Shown here piece by piece: positions 49,853-58,782 of a stretch of 64,000 nucleotides of DNA (within the stretch, counting starts at the first letter, position 1; each line of letters begins with the position of its first letter). Below the pieces are notes generated by a model, which did no database searches, was not told the DNA's origin, and was given only the letters and a program-made list of their open reading frames with translations. The stretch is taken from NCBI GenBank assembly GCA_965208575.1, contig CBDBOV010000004.1:416001-480000 (forward strand), written 5' to 3'. A program made the position numbers and the translations under genes. Origin of the DNA: Spirochaetia bacterium (GTDB taxonomy: Bacteria > Spirochaetota > Spirochaetia > SZUA-6 > Bin103).

Positions 49853-50746
49853 TCACGCTGTCGGTGCCGCTACCGGCGTGCCGTTCCGGCATACGACCGG
49901 GAAGTGGGGGCCGGCGTTGGCCATCGGCTCGCCGACGGCCAGGTCGATGAACGGCCGCATCAGGTGTTCGCGGCCGGTGAACCGCGCCTCGCTGGTCATG
50001 TAGTGGATGGCGAGCGCCCGCCGCCGCCGCGGGGAGTCGTTTTCCGGTGACCCGTGCCAGGTCAGGGAGTGGTGGAAGTGCACCTCGCCGCGTTTGACCG
50101 GGCGCGGCACGGCCACGATGTCGCGGATCCCGGCATCATCCGGAGGAGTGAACCCCTCGCCGATCCGGTCAAAGTCCTCCACGTTGCGCAGGTGGTCGAG
50201 CGAGGAGAGGTACTCGTTCTGGCGGTCCCCCCACCGGTAGGAACCGGGCACCATCCACATGCAGCCGTTCTCGATATCGGCGTCGTCGAACGGCATCCAG
50301 GCCGACACGGGGGTCATGGGATCGATGCTCGGCCACAGCGGCGCGTCCTGGTGCCAGCGGGTGGCGCCACCGGCGCGGGGCGGCTTGTACTGCACCTGGT
50401 CGTGCCACACCTGCAGGTCGGCGAAGCCGGTGAGCTGGCTGATGCCGCGCACGATGACGGGGTGGTGGATCAGCCGCTCGAACAGCGGCGACGCCTCCCA
50501 GATGTTGATGATCTGCCACACCGGCCGCTCCACCTCGAAGGTGCGATACACCACCGGCTGCGGTTCGCCGTCGGCGAAGCCATCGGGACCGACGGCTATG
50601 ATACGGTCCAGCTCCGCCGACAGCTCGTCCAGCTCGGCATCGTCCAGCACGCGCCCGGCGTTGAGAAATCCGTCGCGCTGAAACGCGCTGACCTGTTCGG
50701 GACTGAGACCGGCGCGCGCGGACGACCCGTCGTTCGTTGTTGTCAT
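49853..50746 (-). CDS. Phytanoyl-CoA dioxygenase (PhyH) family Fe/2OG enzyme
   Basis: F.RDGFL, KPP..G..TRWHQD, NGCMW.VPGS, WHGS..N.S..RR. Confidence 0.93.
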   Translation of the reverse strand: MTTTNDGSSARAGLSPEQVSAFQRDGFLNAGRVLDDAELDELSAELDRIIAVGPDGFADGEPQPVVYRTFEVERPVWQIINIWEASPLFERLIHHPVIVRGISQLTGFADLQVWHDQVQYKPPRAGGATRWHQDAPLWPSIDPMTPVSAWMPFDDADIENGCMWMVPGSYRWGDRQNEYLSSLDHLRNVEDFDRIGEGFTPPDDAGIRDIVAVPRPVKRGEVHFHHSLTWHGSPENDSPRRRRALAIHYMTSEARFTGREHLMRPFIDLAVGEPMANAGPHFPVVCRNGTPVAAPTA

Positions 50747-50849
50747 CGTTCACCTCGGTGGCCGGAGTGTGTGGCGTACCGGGCCGCGCGTGCAAGACCT
50801 GCCGACCGCGGCGGAACCGAAGCGGGCAGAACCCGGTCGACCGGTCCAG

Positions 50850-50880
50850 TTGACAGATTGATCGCCCTATGGTTATCAAT
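50850..50880 (+). promoter_or_regulatory. Putative promoter with overlapping inverted-repeat operator
   Basis: TTGACA at 50850-50855; ATTGAT (50857-50862)-N12-ATCAAT (50875-50880). Confidence 0.5.
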
Positions 50881-50948
50881 TACGAAATTTTGCGGGAGGC
50901 TCCCTTGAGATCGGGGATGACACTGTGCCCGCAGTCATGGAGGATCCT

Positions 50949-52874
50949 ATGAATATTCGATGGTTGATCGCCGTCTCGTTGTTGGCGGTGCCGGCGCTTC
51001 TGTTTGCCGGTGGTGAAGGAGAGGAGAGCGGCGACACCGATACCGCCGCTGCCATGGCATCCGGCGGCAAGTACAGCGAGGCGCCGGAACTGGCCGCCCT
51101 GGTGGCCGCCGGCGAGCTGCCGCCGGTCGAGGAACGGCTGCCGCTCGAGCCGCGCGTGCTCAGCGCGGAGCGCAACGACATTCCCGCCAGGGACCTGAAC
51201 TTCGAGGTCGGCAAGTACGGCGGCATCATGCGCTCGGTGCAGCCGAGCCCGACCTGGAACCCCGACATTTTCGTGATGAACGACGAGTCCCTGCTCGCCG
51301 CGCCCGGCATCCTGGCCGAAGGCATCGGCGGCAACGTCGCTTCGAGCTTCGAGGTCAGCCCCGACAACCAGAGCTTCACGCTCACGCTGCGCGAGGGGAT
51401 CAAGTGGTCGGACGGCGTGCCGGTGACCACCGAGGACGTGCGCTTTACCTACGAGGACTTCCTGCTCAACGAAGACCTGACCAAGGTATTCCCGCGCTGG
51501 ATGCGTTCGGCCAGCAAGACCGACGGCGAGCCGCTGAAGATCGAGATCGTCGACGACTACACCTTCACCATCAGCTTCGCGGAGCGCTACGACGGCTTCC
51601 CGGCCTACCTGTCGATCGTGCAGTGGAAGGGCTACACCGAGTTCGTGAAGCCGGCCCACCACCTCAAGCAGTGGCACGCCGACTACACGCCGCTCGCCGA
51701 CCTGGAAGCGGAGATCGCCGAGGAAGGACTGAGCAAGGGTGAGTGGTGGACGCTGTTCAACAACCGCGACGCCCGCAACTGGGACTTGACCCGGCCCAAG
51801 GCGCTGGACTTCCCGGTACTCAACCCGTGGATTCTGGTGGAGCAGAGCCCCACCACCGCGGTGTACGACCGCAACCCCTACTACTTCAAGGTCGACAGCG
51901 CCGGCCAGCAACTCCCGTACATCAACGGCCTGCGCTCGCAGGTGGTGGCAGACGTGGAAATGTCCAACCTGAAGGTTCTGGCCGGTGAGGTGGACTTCCT
52001 GCGCGAAGACGCCACCCTCGACAAGGTAGACCTCTACAAGGAAAACGAAGACCGCGCCGGATACTCGGTCGTGCTGCTCGACATGCACATCACCCCGACC
52101 GACCCGCGGATCAACCTGACCTACGACGATCCCGCATGGCGCCAGGTCGTGAACGACGTGCGTTTCCGCAAAGCCCTGACCCATGCGATCAACCGTGAGG
52201 AGATTATCGACGCCATCTACTTCGGCTTCGCGTCGCCGTCCACCTTCGTGCCGGCGGCGTTCGATCCCGACATGGCCAACCAACTGCTCGATGAGGTGGG
52301 CATGGACCAGCGTGACGACCAGGGCTTCCGGCTCGGACCGGACGGCGAGACGTTCGAGATCCCGTTCGAGATCGCCATGCACGCCTCCGACATCGTGCCG
52401 GTGACCGAGATGATCATCGAGTACTGGAAGGACGTCGGTCTCAAGGCGACCATGAAGACCATCGAACCGGGACTGCAAAGAACGCGCCGCAATGCCAACG
52501 AGTTGAAGGCTGACGTGCTGTGGCATCACGGCCCCGAATTGTGGTGGGGCGCACTGTGGGACTTCGTGCCGAGCGCCTTTGGCCCCGCCTGGATGACCTG
52601 GTTCAACACCGGGGGCGAGAGTGGCGAGGAGCCGCCCGAAGACGTGAAGGCACTCATGGATGCCATGGACCGTTCCATCGCCCTGTCGGGCGCCGAGCGG
52701 GAAGCGGCGATCGCCGAAGTGCAGGAACGGATGCTCGAATACGTCTACATCATCCTGAACGTCGAAGACGTCAAGCAACCGCTGATCGTCAACAAGAACC
52801 TCGGCAATGTACCTACTGGAGGATTCGCCATCACCGCGAACTTTGCCGCCGAGCAGCTCTTCTTCAAAAACTAG
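50949..52874 (+). CDS. ABC substrate-binding protein, family 5
   Basis: GGAGG RBS; signal peptide; EAPEL..LPPVEERLP; RNPYYFKVD. Confidence 0.95.
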   Translation: MNIRWLIAVSLLAVPALLFAGGEGEESGDTDTAAAMASGGKYSEAPELAALVAAGELPPVEERLPLEPRVLSAERNDIPARDLNFEVGKYGGIMRSVQPSPTWNPDIFVMNDESLLAAPGILAEGIGGNVASSFEVSPDNQSFTLTLREGIKWSDGVPVTTEDVRFTYEDFLLNEDLTKVFPRWMRSASKTDGEPLKIEIVDDYTFTISFAERYDGFPAYLSIVQWKGYTEFVKPAHHLKQWHADYTPLADLEAEIAEEGLSKGEWWTLFNNRDARNWDLTRPKALDFPVLNPWILVEQSPTTAVYDRNPYYFKVDSAGQQLPYINGLRSQVVADVEMSNLKVLAGEVDFLREDATLDKVDLYKENEDRAGYSVVLLDMHITPTDPRINLTYDDPAWRQVVNDVRFRKALTHAINREEIIDAIYFGFASPSTFVPAAFDPDMANQLLDEVGMDQRDDQGFRLGPDGETFEIPFEIAMHASDIVPVTEMIIEYWKDVGLKATMKTIEPGLQRTRRNANELKADVLWHHGPELWWGALWDFVPSAFGPAWMTWFNTGGESGEEPPEDVKALMDAMDRSIALSGAEREAAIAEVQERMLEYVYIILNVEDVKQPLIVNKNLGNVPTGGFAITANFAAEQLFFKN

Positions 52875-52898
52875 GGTTTTCCATTCTGAATTGAAGGC

Positions 52899-52931
52899 GC
52901 CGGGTGCCGGAGCAACGCTCCGGCACCCGGC
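52899..52931 (+). terminator. 14-bp hairpin after the SBP gene
   Basis: GCCGGGTGCCGGAG-CAACG-CTCCGGCACCCGGC. Confidence 0.6.
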
Positions 52932-52938
52932 TTGATTC

Positions 52939-53937
52939 ATGTTTGACTACATCATCCGGCGGACGCTGCAGATCATTCCGCTGATTATCATCATCTCGGT
53001 GCTCTCGTTCGCGATCATCGAGTTGCCGCCCGGCGACTTCGTGACCATGCGGATCATCGAATTGGAGCAGACCGGCACCCGCGTCGACGACGACGAGATC
53101 GCAAGGCTCACCGAGCAATACGGGCTGGACAAGACGCTGGTGGAGCGCTATGCGCTGTGGGCCTGGAACATCATCAGCCGCGGCCACCTGGGCCGTTCGT
53201 TCCAGTGGGAACAGCCGGTGACCCAGGTGATCGGCGAGCGCATCGCCCTGACCATGTCGATTTCGCTGCTGACGCTGATCTTCATCTGGGTGGTGGCGAT
53301 TCCGATCGGCATCTACGCCGCTACCCACCAATACTCGCTCGGCGACTACGTATTTACCTTCTTCGGCTTCATCGGCATCTCGGTGCCGGGGTTCCTGCTC
53401 GCCCTGGTGGTGATGTACCTGGCGTTCACGCAGCTTGGCGTCAGCGTCACCGGCTTGTTCTCACCCGAGTTCGCCGACGCTCCGTGGAGCTTCGCCAAGC
53501 TGATGGACATGCTGCCGCGACTGTGGGTTCCGATTGTCGTGATCGGGCTCACCGGCACCGCCAGCCTGATCCGGGTGATGCGCAGCATGATGCTGGACGA
53601 GTTGCGCAAGCAGTACGTAGTGACGGCGCGCGCCAAGGGCGTGGCCGAGCGCACCTTGCTGTTCAAGTACCCGGTGCGTATCGCCATCAACCCGCTGATC
53701 AGTACCATCGGCTGGCTGCTGCCGTTCATCGTGTCGGGTGAGGCACTGGTATCGATCGTGCTGAACCTGCCTACCACGGGGCCGGTGCTGCTGCGCGCCC
53801 TGCTATTCCAGGACATGTACCTGGCCGGCAGCCTGGTGATGATCCTGAGCGTCCTCACCGTGGTGGGGACACTGATGTCGGACCTTCTGCTCGCGTGGGT
53901 GGATCCGCGCATCCGCTACCAGGGGGCGACCAGATGA
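52939..53937 (+). CDS. ABC transporter permease (DppB-like)
   Basis: LPPGD, YVVTARAKG, DPRIR. Confidence 0.95.
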   Translation: MFDYIIRRTLQIIPLIIIISVLSFAIIELPPGDFVTMRIIELEQTGTRVDDDEIARLTEQYGLDKTLVERYALWAWNIISRGHLGRSFQWEQPVTQVIGERIALTMSISLLTLIFIWVVAIPIGIYAATHQYSLGDYVFTFFGFIGISVPGFLLALVVMYLAFTQLGVSVTGLFSPEFADAPWSFAKLMDMLPRLWVPIVVIGLTGTASLIRVMRSMMLDELRKQYVVTARAKGVAERTLLFKYPVRIAINPLISTIGWLLPFIVSGEALVSIVLNLPTTGPVLLRALLFQDMYLAGSLVMILSVLTVVGTLMSDLLLAWVDPRIRYQGATR

Positions 53938-55061
53938 GTACCGTCGAGGCGGTCGAACAGAGCACGCAGGAGACCGCCGCCGCGGAACGCTACTATCTTG
54001 CCTCCCAGTGGCAACTGGTGTGGTGGAAGTTCCGGAAGCACAAGATGGCGCTGGTGGCCGGAATCGTGCTGGCGGTCATGTACTTCATCGCCGCCTTCTG
54101 CGAATTCCTGAGTCCCTATCTGCCCGGCACCCGCTTTTCCGAATACCTGTACGCTCCGCCGCAGCGCGTGCGGCTGCTTGCCAGCGGCGCAGGATTCGGG
54201 CCCCATGTGTACGGCTTGGTGCGCGGCCGCGACCCGGAAACGTTTCGGCGCACCTTTACCATCGACACCGAGCAACGCTTCAACGTGCGCTTCTTCGTGC
54301 GCGCCGAGGAGTATCGGCTGTGGGGGCTGTTCCAGAGCGACATCCACCTGTTTGGATCGGACGAGGGGCCGGTGATGTTGTTCGGCGCCGACCGCCTCGG
54401 GCGCGACGTCTTCACCCGCATCCTGTATGGGGCGCGCATCTCGCTGTCGGTCGGGCTGGTAGGGATATTCTTCACCTTCGTGTTCGGCATGATCCTGGGC
54501 GGGCTGTCCGGCTACCTGGGCGGCATGGTGGACACGATCATCCAGCGGCTGGTGGACCTGCTGATTTCGATTCCCACCATTCCGCTGTGGATGGCGCTGG
54601 CGGCGGCACTGCCGCGCGACTGGCCGCCGGTTCGGATCTACTTCGGCATCGTGATCATCTTCTCCATGATCGGCTGGACCGGCCTGGCGCGGGTGATCCG
54701 CGGCAAGCTGCTGGCCCTGCGCGAGGAAGACTTCGTGATGGCGGGGCGCATTGCCGGCGCCAAGCAGGGCGCCATCATCGCCAAGCACCTGCTGCCCTCG
54801 TTCGCCAGCTACATCATCGTGTCGCTGACCCTGGCCATTCCGCAGACCATCCTGGGCGAGACGGCGCTGAGCTTCCTGGGCCTGGGCCTGCAGCCGCCGG
54901 TGGTGAGCTGGGGCGTGCTGCTGCAGGACGCCCAGAACGTGCAGGCGATCGCCCACCACGGCTGGCTGCTGATCCCCTGCCTGTTCGTGATCGTCACCGT
55001 GCTGATGTTCAACTTCCTCGGCGACGGGCTGCGCGACGCCGCCGACCCCTATACGCGCTAG
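53934..55061 (+). CDS. ABC transporter permease (DppC-like)
   Basis: ATGA overlap; GADRLGRD, GDGLRDAADP. Confidence 0.95.
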   Translation: MSTVEAVEQSTQETAAAERYYLASQWQLVWWKFRKHKMALVAGIVLAVMYFIAAFCEFLSPYLPGTRFSEYLYAPPQRVRLLASGAGFGPHVYGLVRGRDPETFRRTFTIDTEQRFNVRFFVRAEEYRLWGLFQSDIHLFGSDEGPVMLFGADRLGRDVFTRILYGARISLSVGLVGIFFTFVFGMILGGLSGYLGGMVDTIIQRLVDLLISIPTIPLWMALAAALPRDWPPVRIYFGIVIIFSMIGWTGLARVIRGKLLALREEDFVMAGRIAGAKQGAIIAKHLLPSFASYIIVSLTLAIPQTILGETALSFLGLGLQPPVVSWGVLLQDAQNVQAIAHHGWLLIPCLFVIVTVLMFNFLGDGLRDAADPYTR

Positions 55062-55087
55062 GTTCCGCACCAAGGAGATCCGCCGAG

Positions 55088-55402
55088 ATGCAACGATTCG
55101 CCTTTGCCATGAAGCTGCTGCCCGGCTTCGAGGCCGAGTACCAGAAGCGGCACGACGAGATCTGGCCCGAGCTCGCCAGGGAACTGACCGCCGCCGGTGT
55201 CAGCGACTACTCGATCTACCTCGACCCGGATTCGCTGACCCTGTTCGCCGTGCAGAAGCTTAGCGCCGGCAACACTGCGGATGCGCTGCCCGGGTGCGCC
55301 ATCGTCAAGAAGTGGTGGGCCTACATGGCCGACATCATGGAGACCAACCCCGACAGCTCGCCGGTAATGCGCGAGCTGCCGGAAGTGTTCCACCTCGACT
55401 GA
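55088..55402 (+). CDS. rhaM: L-rhamnose mutarotase
   Basis: EYQKRHDEIWPEL, DYSIYLD, WWAYMADIM.TNPD.SP...LPEVFHL; AAGGAG RBS. Confidence 0.95.
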   Translation: MQRFAFAMKLLPGFEAEYQKRHDEIWPELARELTAAGVSDYSIYLDPDSLTLFAVQKLSAGNTADALPGCAIVKKWWAYMADIMETNPDSSPVMRELPEVFHLD

Positions 55403-55431
55403 ACCCCGACTCCCTCTACCAAAGGAAAATC

Positions 55432-58329
55432 ATGTCACTCACCGTTGTCGATCTGGCCGCCGAGCATCGCGGCGCCGGCCCCTTCGTAGCCACCCCGACG
55501 CCGCGTCTTTCCTGGCGCGTGGCCACCAGAACGCCGGGCTGGTACCAAGCCTTCTACGAGATCGAGATCTCCGGAGACCTGGAGTTCCGCGGCGACCCGG
55601 TCGCCTCCGGCGACTCGGTGCTGGTGCCGTGGCCGGCGGCGCCGCTGGCATCGCACCAGAGCGTCGCCTGCCGGGTGCGGGTCACCGGCGCCGACGGGGT
55701 GGCCAGCGACTGGAGCGCGCCGCTGGCGATCCACGCGCCGCTGCTGGACGCGGGCGACTGGTCGGCGCGGTTCATCTCCCCCGCCGGCGCGAGCGCCGCG
55801 ACCGAGTCGGAGCCCTGCCCCTACTTCCGCCGCGAGTTCGCCCTGGATCAACCGTGGCAACGCGCCGTGCTGTCGGTGACCGCGCTGGGCGTGTACCAGG
55901 TGGAGATCAACGGCCGCCGGGTCGGCGACGAGGAGCTGGCGCCTGGCTGGACCAGCTACCGGCACCGCCTGCGTTTCGCCAGCCACGACGTCACCGACCT
56001 GCTGCGCGACGGCGACAACGCCATCGGCGCCATCGTGGGCGACGGCTGGGCGCGCGGGCGCCTCGGGTTCAGCGGCGCACGCAACTTCTACACCGACCGG
56101 CCGGCGCTGCTGGCGCAACTCGACATCACGCTTGCGGACGGCCGCCATGGCCGTCCCGGCACCGTCCGCACCGTAGCCACCGACGGCGCGTGGCGCTCCG
56201 GCGTCGGACCCGAGCGCGGTTCCGACCTGTACGACGGCGAGAGCTACGATGCGCGGCTCGAATTGGGCGGCTGGTCGCGGCCCGGTTACGACGCCGACGG
56301 CTGGCAGCCGGTCGAGGTGATCGAGCACGACCTGGCCACCCTCACGCCGGCGGCGGTACCGCCGGTGCGCGCCGTGCAGGAGGTGGCTCCCGTGTCGATC
56401 TGGCGCGCGCCCTCCGGCGAGACGCTGGTCGACTTCGGTCAGAACCTGGTGGGCCGGGTGCGCATCCGGTTGGGGACGGCGCAGGGCGGGGCCGTGACCG
56501 CGGGCACTGCGGGGCCGGGCACCGGGGTGCTGGCGGGCGCTGAAGTGACCGTTCGCCACGCCGAGGTGCTGGAGAACGGCGAGCTGGGCATGCGCCCGCT
56601 GCGCTCCGCCCAAGCCACCGACCGCTACATCGCCCGCGGCGGCGGGCCCGAGGTGTGGGAGCCGCGTTTCACGTTCCACGGCTTCCGCTACGCCGGCGTA
56701 AGCGGCTGGCCCGGCGAGTTGCGGCCCGAGGAGATCACTGCCGTGGTGTTGCACTCCGACATGGCGCGCACCGGCTGGTTCGAGTGCTCGCATGCGCAGG
56801 TCAACCAACTGCACGAGAACATCGTGTGGGGCATGCGCGGCAACTTCCTGGACGTGCCCACCGACTGCCCGCAGCGCGACGAGCGGCTGGGCTGGACCGG
56901 CGACATCCAGGTGTTCGCCCCCACCGCCACCCTGCTCTACGACACCGCCGCCCTGCTGACCTCGTGGCTGGCCGACCTGGCCGCCGAGCAGGAGCCGAAC
57001 GGCAATGTACCGTTCGTCATTCCCTCCATCCTGCCGTCATCGTTCACGGCCGCCGGCTGGGGAGACGCCGCCACCGCCGTACCGATGACCTTGAGCCGGC
57101 GCTATGCCGACCTGGAGCTGCTGCGCCGCCAATATCCCTCCATGAAGGCGTGGGTCGAGCACGTAGCGGGCGTCTGCGACGAGCGCCGCGTGTGGGGAGA
57201 CGGCTTCCAGTTCGGCGACTGGGTGGACCCGAAGGCACCGCCCGACGCCCCGGCCGACGCGCAGACCGACCCGTCGCTGGTCGGCACCGCCTGGTTCGCG
57301 CGCTCCGCCCGGCTCCTGGCCGAGGCGGCCGAACTGCTCGGCGAGCAGGACGATGCCGCCGCCTACCACCGGCTCGCGGACGAAGTGGCGGCCGGCTTTC
57401 GCGCCGAATTCATGGCCCCGAACGGGCGCGTGGTGAACGACAGCCAGACCGCCCACCTGCTGGCGCTGGCGTTCGACCTGGTCACGCCCGAGCAGCGACC
57501 GGCCACGACACGGCGGCTGCGCAAGCTGATCGAGAAGGAAGGCCACCGGCTCTCCACCGGCTTCCTGGGCACGCCCTGGCTGTGCGAGGTGCTGACCCGC
57601 ATCGGCGACGACGACCTGGCGTACCGGCTGCTGCTGCAGACCGAGCTGCCGTCGTGGCTGTATCCCATCACCATGGGCGCCACCACCATCTGGGAACGCT
57701 GGGACGCGATGCTGCCCGACGGCTCGATCAACCCCGGCGAGATGACTTCGTTCAACCACTACGCCTACGGCGCCGTGGGCGCCTGGCTGTACGAACGCAT
57801 GGCCGGCCTGCGGCAGCACGACCAGGACCGCGGCTGGCGGCGGATCGTGGTGGAGCCGCACCCGGGCGGCGGCCTGCGCCACGCCAGGGCGGTGGTGGAC
57901 ACGCCTTACGGCCGCGCCGAATCGAGCTGGCGCATCGACCGCCGCGCCGGCGCGCCCGCCACATTCACGCTGCGTGCCGTGGTGCCCGCCAACACCACGG
58001 CCGAATTGTGGCTACCAGGCGCCACCGAGGCTGTCGAGGCCGGCTCGGGCACCCACGAGCTGTCGATCGAGTTGAACGAAGTGCAGCGCCGCCGCTACCT
58101 GCCGAGCCGGGAAGGCGCCCGCATGCACCTCGACTCGCCGCTGGCGGAGGTGGTTGCAGACGACGCGGCACGGCAGATTCTGGTCCGCAACCGCGCCTTC
58201 GGCGTGCTGATCCGGATACAGGGCGACGAGATACCCGCGCTCTCGCTGCGCGAAGCGCTCCAGTCGACACCGCACCCGCCCAGCGACAAGCGGCTTGACG
58301 ACCTTGAACAGGACCTGATCCGTTTGTAA
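55432..58329 (+). CDS. Alpha-L-rhamnosidase (GH78)
   Basis: PRLSW, DFGQN, PRFTFHGFRY, TDCPQRDERLGWTGD, ATTIWERW, SFNHYAYG. Confidence 0.95.
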   Translation: MSLTVVDLAAEHRGAGPFVATPTPRLSWRVATRTPGWYQAFYEIEISGDLEFRGDPVASGDSVLVPWPAAPLASHQSVACRVRVTGADGVASDWSAPLAIHAPLLDAGDWSARFISPAGASAATESEPCPYFRREFALDQPWQRAVLSVTALGVYQVEINGRRVGDEELAPGWTSYRHRLRFASHDVTDLLRDGDNAIGAIVGDGWARGRLGFSGARNFYTDRPALLAQLDITLADGRHGRPGTVRTVATDGAWRSGVGPERGSDLYDGESYDARLELGGWSRPGYDADGWQPVEVIEHDLATLTPAAVPPVRAVQEVAPVSIWRAPSGETLVDFGQNLVGRVRIRLGTAQGGAVTAGTAGPGTGVLAGAEVTVRHAEVLENGELGMRPLRSAQATDRYIARGGGPEVWEPRFTFHGFRYAGVSGWPGELRPEEITAVVLHSDMARTGWFECSHAQVNQLHENIVWGMRGNFLDVPTDCPQRDERLGWTGDIQVFAPTATLLYDTAALLTSWLADLAAEQEPNGNVPFVIPSILPSSFTAAGWGDAATAVPMTLSRRYADLELLRRQYPSMKAWVEHVAGVCDERRVWGDGFQFGDWVDPKAPPDAPADAQTDPSLVGTAWFARSARLLAEAAELLGEQDDAAAYHRLADEVAAGFRAEFMAPNGRVVNDSQTAHLLALAFDLVTPEQRPATTRRLRKLIEKEGHRLSTGFLGTPWLCEVLTRIGDDDLAYRLLLQTELPSWLYPITMGATTIWERWDAMLPDGSINPGEMTSFNHYAYGAVGAWLYERMAGLRQHDQDRGWRRIVVEPHPGGGLRHARAVVDTPYGRAESSWRIDRRAGAPATFTLRAVVPANTTAELWLPGATEAVEAGSGTHELSIELNEVQRRRYLPSREGARMHLDSPLAEVVADDAARQILVRNRAFGVLIRIQGDEIPALSLREALQSTPHPPSDKRLDDLEQDLIRL

Positions 58330-58441
58330 GGGGCGCGATGGCGCGGTTCAACGTAGTCGCCCAGCGACAAGCGGCTTGACGACCTTGAACAAGACCTGAT
58401 CCGCCTGTAAGGGGCGCGATGGCGCGGTTCAACGTGGTCGC
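58277..58441. repeat. 81-bp tandem duplication spanning the GH78 stop codon
   Basis: Units start at 58277 and 58358; four substitutions between them. Confidence 0.92.
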
Positions 58442-58782
58442 TGCCCCTGACCCGCCGGGCTGATCGTTGTCTTGCTCCTTACTGATCCTGACACTGGGAC
58501 CAAAGATGTTGGGGTATCGTATGCAGCGAAAGTCAAGGTCAAGGGTCTTCCGATAGTATCTGCCAATAAGCTCACCATACAGCTTGGTTACACCGTACAC
58601 GCTAGCAGGCCGTTGCAGTGTCTCATCGGTGATGGTTTCAGTAGGTATTCCCAGGCTATAGGGCATCATGCTGCTGGTAAACACCACCCGCTTTACCGCG
58701 AACAGTCGCGCCGCTTCCAGGACATTCATTATTCCGGCGACATTCCCTTCACAAACGACCGAGGGGTGTACGAGGGAGCTAG

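Noticed and set aside
50857-50880. FNR box
   Set aside because: Half-sites TTGAT/ATCAA are separated by 12 nt rather than 4
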